From Dehalococcoidia bacterium (GTDB taxonomy: Bacteria; Chloroflexota; Dehalococcoidia; Lucifugimonadales; JAGWBF01), in assembly GCA_034421095.1 (NCBI GenBank), contig DAOUKR010000009.1:12694-76693 (forward strand): DNA of 64,000 nucleotides, given 5' to 3'. How positions within the stretch are numbered: the stretch's first letter is position 1; every line of letters starts with the position of its first letter. Below, piece after piece: positions 44,785 through 52,789 of the stretch. The notes under the pieces were generated by a model. It was given only the letters and a program-made list of their open reading frames with translations. It had not been told where the DNA came from and made no database searches. The position numbers and the translations under genes were made by a program.

Positions 44785-46545
44785 TCAACTCCTGCTTCCG
44801 AGATCGTCCTTCATACGGTCCAGAAGGCTTGAGAGAGCGATTGGCCCCAGATTCTCCTCGCTTCTGAGTCTCACTGATACCGTGTCCTTGCTCATCTCTT
44901 CGTCGCCGACGACGAGCATATAAGGGACCTTCTGCATCTGGGCTTCCCGTATCTTCAGGTTCATGCGCTCTTTTCTGGAGTCTACCTCGGGCCGGAATCC
45001 CTGGCCGCTCAGCGCGTCTTTGATCTGGAGAGCGTAGTCAACATGCCTGTCGGCGATGGGAATGACCACTGCCTGCACCGGCGCCAGCCACAGGGGAAAG
45101 GCGCCGCCGTAGTGCTCTATCAAGACCCCCAGAAAGCGCTCCATAGAGCCTATGATGGCACGATGCACCATATAGGGCCGGTGCTGCTCACCGTCAGAAC
45201 CCTGGAAGGTAAGGTTAAAACGCTCCGGCAGGTTGAAATCGAACTGCACAGTGGTGCATTGCCACGACCTGCCCAGAGCATCCCTTATCTTTATATCTAT
45301 TTTGGGGCCGTAGAATGCACCGCCGCCCTCGTCCACGTCGTAGTCCAGGTTGCGGGTATCAAGGGCATGGGCAAGAGAACGGGTGGCATGTTCCCACATT
45401 TCAGGGTCGCCGACGAACTTCTCCGGGCGGGTGGAGAGGAATATCTCGTAGTCGGTGAACCTAAAGGCGTCCAGCAGCTCAAAGGTAAGGTCCAGAACCC
45501 CCAGCACTTCATCTTCCACTTGGTCCGGGCGGCAGAAGATGTGGGCGTCGTCCTGGGTGAATCCCCGGACCCTCATCAACCCGTGAAGCACCCCACTGCG
45601 TTCGTAGCGATAGACCGTCCCAAGCTCGCCATATCGCAGTGGAAGCTCCCTGTAGCTCCTCAGGTCTGAACGATAAATCATAATGTGGAAGGGACAGTTC
45701 ATGGGCTTCATGTAGTATTCCTGCCCGTCCACGTCCATAGGCGAGTACATACCCTCGCTATAGAAGTCCAGGTGTCCGCTGGTCTGCCACAGACGAGACC
45801 TCCCCACGTGGGGCGAATATACCAGGTCGTATCCCCGCCTGTAGTGCAGCTCCCGCCAGTAATCCTCCACGATAGCGCGGACCCTTCCTCCCTTGGGGTG
45901 CCAGATGACAAGCCCCGGCCCCACCTCTTCATGTACGCTGAAAAGGTCAAGCTGCCGCCCCAAACGGCGGTGGTCCCGTTTCTCCGCCTCCTCCAGTAGC
46001 TTCAGGTGCTCCTCCAGAGCAGTAGCGGTCTCGAAGGCCGTGCCATAGATGCGCTGTAGCATGGGCCGGTTCTCGTCGCCCCGCCAGTAAGCCCCCGCTA
46101 CCGTCTGAAGCGTGAAGGCGGCTATCATGCCGGTGGACTCGACGTGTGGCCCCTGGCACAGATCCACAAATTCGTTATGGCGATAGGTGCTAATAGCCTC
46201 TTCGGGGGGTATGTCGTCGATAAGCTCAAGCTTGTAGGGTTGTTGGCCCAGAAGCTCTCTGGCATCATTCCGGTCTATGATTTCCTTCTGGAAAGGGAAG
46301 TCCCCCGCTATTCTCTCCCTCATTATCGCTTCGATACGTTCCAGGTCCTCCGGCGTAAACGGCCTGGACACCTCGAAGTCGTAATAGAAGCCGTCATCCG
46401 TTGGGGGACCTATCCCTATTTTGGCTTCGGGGAAAAGCTGAAGTACCGCATCGGCCATCACGTGGGCGGCGGAGTGCCGCAAACGCTGCCTCATGGCTAC
46501 CAGTCCCTGGGTTTCCTCTTTGCCTTGATTATCTCTCCTTGCCAT
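44785..46545 (-). CDS. thrS: Threonine--tRNA ligase (no N-terminal TGS domain)
   Basis: It has the editing-domain motif RHSAAHVMADAV, class II core motifs (FRGDENRP-like WRGDENRPMLQRIYG, ELPLRYGELGTVYRYE, GGAFYGPKID) and an anticodon-binding C-terminus. Confidence 0.9.
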   Translation of the reverse strand: MARRDNQGKEETQGLVAMRQRLRHSAAHVMADAVLQLFPEAKIGIGPPTDDGFYYDFEVSRPFTPEDLERIEAIMRERIAGDFPFQKEIIDRNDARELLGQQPYKLELIDDIPPEEAISTYRHNEFVDLCQGPHVESTGMIAAFTLQTVAGAYWRGDENRPMLQRIYGTAFETATALEEHLKLLEEAEKRDHRRLGRQLDLFSVHEEVGPGLVIWHPKGGRVRAIVEDYWRELHYRRGYDLVYSPHVGRSRLWQTSGHLDFYSEGMYSPMDVDGQEYYMKPMNCPFHIMIYRSDLRSYRELPLRYGELGTVYRYERSGVLHGLMRVRGFTQDDAHIFCRPDQVEDEVLGVLDLTFELLDAFRFTDYEIFLSTRPEKFVGDPEMWEHATRSLAHALDTRNLDYDVDEGGGAFYGPKIDIKIRDALGRSWQCTTVQFDFNLPERFNLTFQGSDGEQHRPYMVHRAIIGSMERFLGVLIEHYGGAFPLWLAPVQAVVIPIADRHVDYALQIKDALSGQGFRPEVDSRKERMNLKIREAQMQKVPYMLVVGDEEMSKDTVSVRLRSEENLGPIALSSLLDRMKDDLGSRS

Positions 46546-46612
46546 ATCTTCCTTCAGGACTAACTAGATGTAGAACGATGAATGACCCAGTATATCACAG
46601 GGATATTCACTC

Positions 46613-47239
46613 TCAATAGACCACACTGTGCCAACGTCTTTGCCGTATGGCGGTCACCATGTGTCGAAGAGTACGAACCAGATAGTTACCCACGACAAAA
46701 AGGGTCAGGACCAGGCATACCCCAATTAGAGGCCAGGGCTGCCCGGTAACGATAATGAGAACATTAAACAAAATGAATCCAACTGCCACTCCAATGACCA
46801 CGTTCCTGATAGTCAGGATAGCCACCACTAAAGGGACGACTGATATGGCGGCCAGGGGCGGAGCCAGTGCCAGGCCCACCCCAAGAATGGTAGCGGCCCC
46901 TTTGCCGCCCCGGAAGTTAAGAAAGACGGGCCACGTGTGACCAATGACCGCCGCAATAGCACAGCCATAGCGTGCCCAGTCGGGTGCCCCTATCCACAGG
47001 GGCAAAAAGACTGCTACCACACCTTTGGAAGCGTCGGCTATCAAAATGGCAATACCGGCCGCAGGTCCCATCTGTTGATAGGCGTTCAGCGCCCCCACGT
47101 TGCCGGTCCCGAGAGTCCTGATGTCGGTTTTTCTGGTGAGTCGTACCAGAATATAGGCTGAAGGTATCGAGCCAAGGATGTATCCCAGAAAGATGCTCAA
47201 CACGGCCAGCCATGTCTCCAATTGTGTCACCTCCGGCAC
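46613..47239 (-). CDS. plsY: Acyl-phosphate:glycerol-3-phosphate acyltransferase PlsY
   Basis: GYILGSIPSAYI, GTGNVGALNA and FRGGKGAAT are PlsY motifs. Confidence 0.85.
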   Translation of the reverse strand: MPEVTQLETWLAVLSIFLGYILGSIPSAYILVRLTRKTDIRTLGTGNVGALNAYQQMGPAAGIAILIADASKGVVAVFLPLWIGAPDWARYGCAIAAVIGHTWPVFLNFRGGKGAATILGVGLALAPPLAAISVVPLVVAILTIRNVVIGVAVGFILFNVLIIVTGQPWPLIGVCLVLTLFVVGNYLVRTLRHMVTAIRQRRWHSVVY

Positions 47240-47478
47240 TCAATCTCCGTCAATAAAATATCGTACCCGAACCACATAGTAAAGTACCACACAAGGTAAA
47301 GATATAGAAAATTCGATACCTACAGTACCGAACCGGCCTACCATTTTGGTTGCCAGGCCATTTGGATGGCGTCCAAACCGACACCCTTGACCGTCGTCGG
47401 AGAGCGTGCTAATGTCCCCTTAATAGCATCGAAATACCGCCGAGGATTGCCTTCAAGGGAACTGAAAGGAGCGTAGTC

Positions 47479-48414
47479 ATGGCAACTGCAACAGAGTTGG
47501 AGTCTTTCGTCAGCAGTGTCACCTGCCCACCAGATTTTGACTCCTTTTGGCAAAGGGTCCTGGCAGAGTTGAAAGACATACCTTTAGAGCCTGAGATTAC
47601 CCCGGTGCCCCTTCGTTCGACGCCCGATGTCAACGTATACGAAGTCCATTATCTCAGCCTGGGGGGTATTCGCATAGCAGGATGGTACTGCGTGCCAGCC
47701 AAAGGCGCTGGTCCCTTCCCCACCCTGATTGAGTTTCCCGGTTACAAGAGTGAGCCTGGTCTGCCCAGGGCTTGGGCACAGCGGGGTGTTGCCATCTTGA
47801 GCGTAGCCGTCAGGGGGAAACTCAGAAGCAATGAGGATTTCAACCCGGGCTATCCCGGTCTCCTTGTCAGCGGCATAGACAGCCCGGACACCTACTCCTA
47901 CAGAGGCGTAATCTCCGACTGTTCACGGGGCGTAGATTTCCTGCTCACACGTCCGGAGGTAGACAAGGAGCGGATATTCGCCCACGGTGCAAGCCAGGGC
48001 GGTGGCCTCACCCTGATTAGCACTGCCTTGCGGTCCGAAATCAAAGGTGGAGCGTCTGCATGTCCGTTTCTCTGTGCATTCCCAGACTCACCCAGTATGG
48101 CGCTCACTTACCCCTACAACGAGTTGAACTGCTACCTACGGGCCTACCCCGACCGGAGAGAGCAGGTCCTCACGGTCCTGAGCTATTTTGACGCCGTAAA
48201 CTTTGCCAGCCGTATTCGTTGCCCCATGGCCATAGGCATTCCCCTAGAAGACACTATCTGCCCTCCTGAGACCCAATACGCAGCCTATCGGAACCTGGCC
48301 GGACCAAAAGAGGTGTGGCTAGTACCCAATGCCGCCCACGGCACACCCGCAGAGTACCTCGATATGGAGGTTGCATGGTTGAAGAAGCTAATGGGGCTTG
48401 ACACGTCGGATTAG
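47479..48414 (+). CDS. CE7-family acetyl xylan esterase / cephalosporin-C deacetylase
   Basis: The AXE1 N-terminus is PPDFDSFWQRVLAEL. The nucleophile elbow is GASQGGG. Asp (PLEDTICPP) and His (NAAHG) are also present. Confidence 0.8.
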   Translation: MATATELESFVSSVTCPPDFDSFWQRVLAELKDIPLEPEITPVPLRSTPDVNVYEVHYLSLGGIRIAGWYCVPAKGAGPFPTLIEFPGYKSEPGLPRAWAQRGVAILSVAVRGKLRSNEDFNPGYPGLLVSGIDSPDTYSYRGVISDCSRGVDFLLTRPEVDKERIFAHGASQGGGLTLISTALRSEIKGGASACPFLCAFPDSPSMALTYPYNELNCYLRAYPDRREQVLTVLSYFDAVNFASRIRCPMAIGIPLEDTICPPETQYAAYRNLAGPKEVWLVPNAAHGTPAEYLDMEVAWLKKLMGLDTSD

Positions 48415-48426
48415 GAGGTTGGAACC

Positions 48427-49317
48427 ATGGTACAGAGTGGAGTTGCGTGGGATAGCTACTGGAGACAGGTTGATGACGAGCTAGGGAAGGTATCCCTGGG
48501 ACAGGACATCCAAAGGAACGAATTCTACTCCGAGGCAGAGTGGACGGTGTACAATGTCCATTGCAACGGATTGGGCGGCTACCGGCTATTCGCCAGGCTA
48601 TCAATTCCCACGGGAGACGGGCCCTTTCCCGGCCTGATCCAGATGCCCGACTATCAAAGCGCTGTGGACATCCCCTTTACCCCTCTGCGACGTGATATGG
48701 TTGTCCTCAACGCCACCCATCGAGGCCAGCGTGGCAGTGAAACCCCGTTCAGAGCGAGCTACCCGGGATTGCTCACTCAAGGTATAGGCAACTCATCCTC
48801 CTACATCCTTCGCAGGGTCTACGCTGATGCCCTCCGGATGTTTGACCTCCTGACGGCACAATCTGTCGTAGACCCTCAACGCATCGCTGTCGCCGGAGCA
48901 GGGCTGGGCGGGACACTGGCACTGGCAGCGGGAGCGTTGCGCCCCCACGTCAGAGCCCTGGCCGTGGATACGCCGTTGATGGTTGGCTCGACCGATGCGG
49001 TGGAGCTTGCCGGTGATGCCTACCCGTTGGGTGAACTGAATGACTACTTCCGGGCTTACCCCGGGCGGCGAGATGCTGCCCTGGACACGATGGCAGTATT
49101 CAATCCCTTAGCCCTGGCCGAGCGAGTGACTTGCCCCGTTCTTCTCAGCACGGGCGCGCGGGACCGGGGCCAATGCCCGCCTCCATTGGGAGAGGAATTG
49201 GCAGGACGACTGAGGCATGGAGAACTCCGTCAGTACCCCGGCGGGAGCGAGGGTGGAGGACATGCACATGGCGTCGTCCGCACGCGCTGGCTAAGGGAGC
49301 AGACGGGCCTGGCGTAG
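48427..49317 (+). CDS. CE7-like alpha/beta-hydrolase paralog lacking the nucleophile Ser
   Basis: It is collinear with the upstream gene. RIAVAGAGLGGTLAL aligns without gaps to RIFAHGASQGGGLTL, so Ser is replaced by Gly. The Asp (GARDRGQCPP) and His (GGHAHG) regions are retained. Confidence 0.7.
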   Translation: MVQSGVAWDSYWRQVDDELGKVSLGQDIQRNEFYSEAEWTVYNVHCNGLGGYRLFARLSIPTGDGPFPGLIQMPDYQSAVDIPFTPLRRDMVVLNATHRGQRGSETPFRASYPGLLTQGIGNSSSYILRRVYADALRMFDLLTAQSVVDPQRIAVAGAGLGGTLALAAGALRPHVRALAVDTPLMVGSTDAVELAGDAYPLGELNDYFRAYPGRRDAALDTMAVFNPLALAERVTCPVLLSTGARDRGQCPPPLGEELAGRLRHGELRQYPGGSEGGGHAHGVVRTRWLREQTGLA

Positions 49318-49375
49318 GAAAGGGGTGCGGTGGCATCGGAGGAAGCAAAGGGCAGGCGACTTTGTTGAAACACCC

Positions 49376-50155
49376 TCAGTCGGTCAGGTCAATTTCGATT
49401 CCCACTGGGCAGTGGTCTGAACCCATCACTTCAGGAAGAATGTAAGCCGCATTCACTTTCTCCGTGAACTTCTCGTCCACAAAGAAATAGTCTATCCTCC
49501 AACCCACGTTCCGCTCACGAGCTTTGGTCATCTGGTCCCAGTAAGTATATTGCTCGGGGCTTTTGTTGAACTCTCTGAAAATGTCCACGTAGCCATGGCT
49601 TAGAAATTTGTCCATCCATGCTCGCTCTTGGGGCAAAAACCCTGACGTGGTCTCATTAGCCTTGGGTCGAGCCAGGTCTATTTCCTTGTGAGCGGTGTTC
49701 ATGTCCCCGCAGACTACGATGCTGCGCCCTTCCTGCTTCATCTTATCCACGAATTCAAGGAAGGCATCGTAGAACTCCATCTTGTATTTCAATCTCTCCT
49801 CAGACGATCTTCCGTTGGGGTAATATATGTTGAACAACACGAAATCTTCGTAGTCTGCGATAATAATCCGACCTTCTTTATCGAAGGCATCAATGCCAAA
49901 GCCATGTGCCACGTGTTCCGGCTTCCTTTTCGTGTAAAGTGCCACCCCACTATAACCTTTTCTTTCCCCGGAAGAGAAATACACGTTGTACCCCTCAACG
50001 AGTCTCAGGTCGGAGGGAAGCTGGCCCTCGTCGGCCTTTGTTTCCTGCAAACACAAGATGTCCGGGGCCTCTTTTTCAAACCAGTCCAGGAATCCCTTTT
50101 TGTGCACGGCTCTGAGGCCATTGACATTCCATGAGATGGCGCGGAATGTTCTCAT
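49376..50155 (-). CDS. xth: Exodeoxyribonuclease III
   Basis: [22 protein letters not shown] and SDHCPV are EEP-family ExoIII motifs. Confidence 0.9.
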   Translation of the reverse strand: MRTFRAISWNVNGLRAVHKKGFLDWFEKEAPDILCLQETKADEGQLPSDLRLVEGYNVYFSSGERKGYSGVALYTKRKPEHVAHGFGIDAFDKEGRIIIADYEDFVLFNIYYPNGRSSEERLKYKMEFYDAFLEFVDKMKQEGRSIVVCGDMNTAHKEIDLARPKANETTSGFLPQERAWMDKFLSHGYVDIFREFNKSPEQYTYWDQMTKARERNVGWRIDYFFVDEKFTEKVNAAYILPEVMGSDHCPVGIEIDLTD

Positions 50156-50375
50156 ATGTTCGACCTTCTCAACGTAGTTCCTCCTGAAGCGTCACTCAAA
50201 ATGACATGGGGAATGTGCAAAGAGACAGATGTAAGCAATGGCCTCTTGGGAAAGGCCATCTTCCAGACATGAAAAGCCCCCCTATACCCAGATAAAAGTC
50301 CGATTACGGCATGACGATGCCGATTTGCTTATATCATCTGTGCAAATGAGCCTTTTACTGGGCATATTCAAGCAT

Positions 50376-50404
50376 TTGACAACCTTGGAAGATGCAGATA
50401 CTAT
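50376..50404 (+). promoter_or_regulatory. Near-consensus sigma-70-type promoter
   Basis: TTGACA (50376-50381), an exact 17-nt spacer, then TACTAT (50399-50404). The predicted TSS near 50411 is at the start of the structured region. Confidence 0.55.
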
Positions 50405-50410
50405 ATCTAG

Positions 50411-50790
50411 GACTCGCTGCCGTGAGCAGTAAATCCGCAGTTGAAAGGCGGTCAAGACAGTGAGTAAGGGTGTACCAAGTACGGCTTGGTTGAAGCCGTG
50501 GCACATAGAGAACCAGGAGCACCGGCATCTACGCTCCTCAAACACCTCCACTTCGGCTACCGTGAGCATCCCGTCTCGCGGTAAGCACGTCCTCCCCTGC
50601 GAGCCTTAGCTCCTCCACCAATCCCTCTCGCGCAAGTCCCGGGGCATTAACCTCCCCGCGCCAATCCATCTCAGCGCTGCGGTAAGGCGTCTTTGTGCCT
50701 TGCGCTCTCCGGGGAAAGCCCCCGAGACAGGATGTGCATATCATTATACAAGAGCCAACATAGCATTTTGCACTAAAATCAATACGAATT
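50411..50790 (+). ncRNA. Unclassified highly structured RNA: long 5' leader of the panD operon or an independent ncRNA
   Basis: About 380 nt with no credible ORF and at least 8 local GC-rich helices. Examples: 50474-50490 ACCAAG/CTTGGT; 50515-50538 AGGAGC/GCTCCT; 50640-50658 CGGGG/CCCCG; 50673-50706 nested AGCGC..AAGGC/GCCTT..GCGCT; 50710-50724. There are mutually exclusive pairings at 50474-50499. No match to any RNA family I can recall. Confidence 0.4.
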
Positions 50791-50802
50791 GTGAGGAAAA
50801 TA

Positions 50803-51159
50803 ATGAGAACTTTATTGAGGTCAAAGATTCACAGGGCATACGTTACCGACGCCAACCTGGATTACGTTGGAAGCATCGTAATTGACCGGGACCTGATGGA
50901 CAAGGTGGACATGTGGGAGTACGAGAAGGTCCTTATCTGTGACATCACCAACGGCAACCGGTTCGAGACATACGCAATTTACGGCGAGAGAGGGTCCGGC
51001 ATCATATCGGTGCAGGGTGCCGCGGCAAGGCTAGTCGACAAGGGGGACTGCGTCATAATAATGTCCTTCGACGTGACCGATGAGCCGGTAGAGCCGGAGA
51101 TGATTCTGGTGAACGAGCGGAACGAGTTCGTTGAATATCTGGGAAAGGTCAAGGTATGA
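50803..51159 (+). CDS. panD: Aspartate 1-decarboxylase (pyruvoyl-dependent)
   Basis: The ATG at 50803 follows GAGGA. MRTLLRSKIHRAYVTDANLDYVGSIVID is a PanD N-terminus with the G-S self-cleavage site. Confidence 0.9.
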   Translation: MRTLLRSKIHRAYVTDANLDYVGSIVIDRDLMDKVDMWEYEKVLICDITNGNRFETYAIYGERGSGIISVQGAAARLVDKGDCVIIMSFDVTDEPVEPEMILVNERNEFVEYLGKVKV

Positions 51160-51974
51160 GCAGCAGATTCACCGAGCAGGAAACGGAGCGGTATTACGAC
51201 GCCCAAGACGTTATCTATCGCTCGATATGGGACTCGGAAGGGAGCGTCCATTGGGGGGTCTTCGACCAGAGCACTGGTGACGATTTTCTCAAGGGGTGCG
51301 CCAACCTGAACAACATAATGGCGGATAAGGGCCGCATTGACGCCACCTCCAGGGTGTTGGACCTAGGTTGTGGAAGCGGCACCACCGCCATGTGGCTGGC
51401 CGAGGAGCGTAACTGCCGAGTGACAGGAGTAGACCTGAGTGGCGTCCGTATCCAGAACGCCAAGAACGATCTGCAAGCCCGCTCCCAAGAGATGCGGCAG
51501 AACGTTGCCTTTGAGAAGGCCTCTGCCACCGACCTACCTTTCCCCGACGGCTCTTTTACCCATGTATGGAGTCAGGCCGTAATTTACCACGTCCCCGACA
51601 AAGAGGGGACCCTGAAGGAAGCGTACCGGGTGCTGGCCGATGGAGGAATCTTCATCTTCGACGACCTTGTAAAGCCAAAGCAGGACATTAGCGAGTCGGC
51701 ACAGACCTACGTGTATGACCGGCTACTTTTTGACACACCCTTCAGTTTCGAGTCATACAGTGACGCCCTACGGCAGGCGGGGTTCAAGGTGCTCAGTTCC
51801 CAAGACCTCTCCTCTCACCTGAAAAAGAGCTATTCTCTTCTCTCCAGCATGGCTGGCGCAAAAACCGAAGGCCCCATGGATGAATACGAGACCCTGGCAT
51901 TGGCGTACGCAAAGACCGCTCAGGCGATAGAAGACGGTGAACTGGGGTGGGGCCTGTATCTGTGTCAGAAGTGA
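51156..51974 (+). CDS. Class I SAM-dependent methyltransferase, sarcosine/dimethylglycine N-methyltransferase-like
   Basis: The ATG overlaps the panD TGA (ATGA). It has YYD-x-IYRSIWDSEGSVHWGVF, SAM motif VLDLGCGSGT, LPFPDGSFTHVWSQ, GGIFIFDD and a C-terminal GWGLY. This layout recalls the SDMT / geranyl-PP C-MT clade, from memory. Confidence 0.65.
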   Translation: MSSRFTEQETERYYDAQDVIYRSIWDSEGSVHWGVFDQSTGDDFLKGCANLNNIMADKGRIDATSRVLDLGCGSGTTAMWLAEERNCRVTGVDLSGVRIQNAKNDLQARSQEMRQNVAFEKASATDLPFPDGSFTHVWSQAVIYHVPDKEGTLKEAYRVLADGGIFIFDDLVKPKQDISESAQTYVYDRLLFDTPFSFESYSDALRQAGFKVLSSQDLSSHLKKSYSLLSSMAGAKTEGPMDEYETLALAYAKTAQAIEDGELGWGLYLCQK

Positions 51975-52019
51975 GCGGCGTGACGCGGTATCTCTTAGCC
52001 GGTGCTATAGGGAGCAGTG

Positions 52020-52646
52020 ATGGAGAATCTGAATAAAGTCCAATGGGTATACTCGTCCCAGAACAACCAGGAACTGGCGGAACGGTACGACCAATGGGCC
52101 AAGGACTATGACGCCGACCTGGACCAGGACTTCGGCTGGATTGCGCCCCAGCGTGTCGTGGACTTCTTCTCCAAGCACGTGCCCAGGGACGCAAGAATCC
52201 TCGATGCAGGCGCTGGCACAGGCCTGGCAGGAGAGATTCTCAGCAGGCTGGGATACGGGGAGCTAGTAGCTATGGACCTGTCCCAGGGTATGCTGGATGA
52301 AGCCGCGAAGAAGGGCGTCTACCAGGAGTTTCACCGGATGGTCATGGGCGACACCCTGGACTTCCCCTCCGACTCCTTTGATGGGGTGATTACCGTGGGG
52401 GTCCTCACCGTGGGACATGCCCCCGCCAGTTCCCTTGATGAGCTTGTCCGCGTCACCAGGCCGGGCGGCCATATCGCCTTCTCGCTGCGGCCTGACGTGT
52501 ACGAGGAGAACGGCTTCAAGGAGAAGCAGACGGAGTTGGAATCTGCCGGCAAGTGGAAGCTGGCGGAGGTGAGTGAGCCGTTCCAGGCCCTCCCCGTAGG
52601 CGAGCCCGACGTTTTCCACCAGGTCTGGGTGTACCAAGTCAGCTAG
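52020..52646 (+). CDS. Class I SAM-dependent methyltransferase (Methyltransf_11/25-like)
   Basis: The ATG at 52020 follows GGGAG. ILDAGAGTGLAG is SAM motif I, with LVAMDLS and GGHIAFSL. Substrate is unknown. Confidence 0.7.
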   Translation: MENLNKVQWVYSSQNNQELAERYDQWAKDYDADLDQDFGWIAPQRVVDFFSKHVPRDARILDAGAGTGLAGEILSRLGYGELVAMDLSQGMLDEAAKKGVYQEFHRMVMGDTLDFPSDSFDGVITVGVLTVGHAPASSLDELVRVTRPGGHIAFSLRPDVYEENGFKEKQTELESAGKWKLAEVSEPFQALPVGEPDVFHQVWVYQVS

Positions 52647-52789
52647 TCCCAGCACCCCGTGTGTCCAGGGGTCATCTTTCCCACGGCAGCAATAGCGTTG
52701 TCAGTATACAAGTGGTCTCTTTGAGTCGGCTTGAGTCCGCCGTGGGGTGTCCTCTAAACTGGCTAACGCATGGGTACCTTAAGGTTATG

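Noticed and set aside
47250-47330. Repeated GTACC(C)GAACC motifs upstream of the esterase genes, considered as possible regulator sites
   Set aside because: There are only two loose copies, with no symmetry. I cannot distinguish this from chance.
50238-50259. Hairpin ATGGCCT-cttgggaa-AGGCCAT upstream of xth
   Set aside because: It is short, has no T-tract, and is not positioned after any gene end. The evidence is insufficient for a terminator or operator.
50411-50740. Possibility that the structured region is RNase P RNA, tmRNA, SRP RNA, 6S RNA or a cobalamin/SAM/glycine riboswitch
   Set aside because: I could not find the invariant elements on either strand. These are GAGGAAAGUCCGGGC and ACAGAANCCGGCUUA for RNase P, a tRNA-like end with UCCACCA plus a tag ORF for tmRNA, GGAAGCAGCC for SRP, and the riboswitch cores. 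I left it as unclassified.
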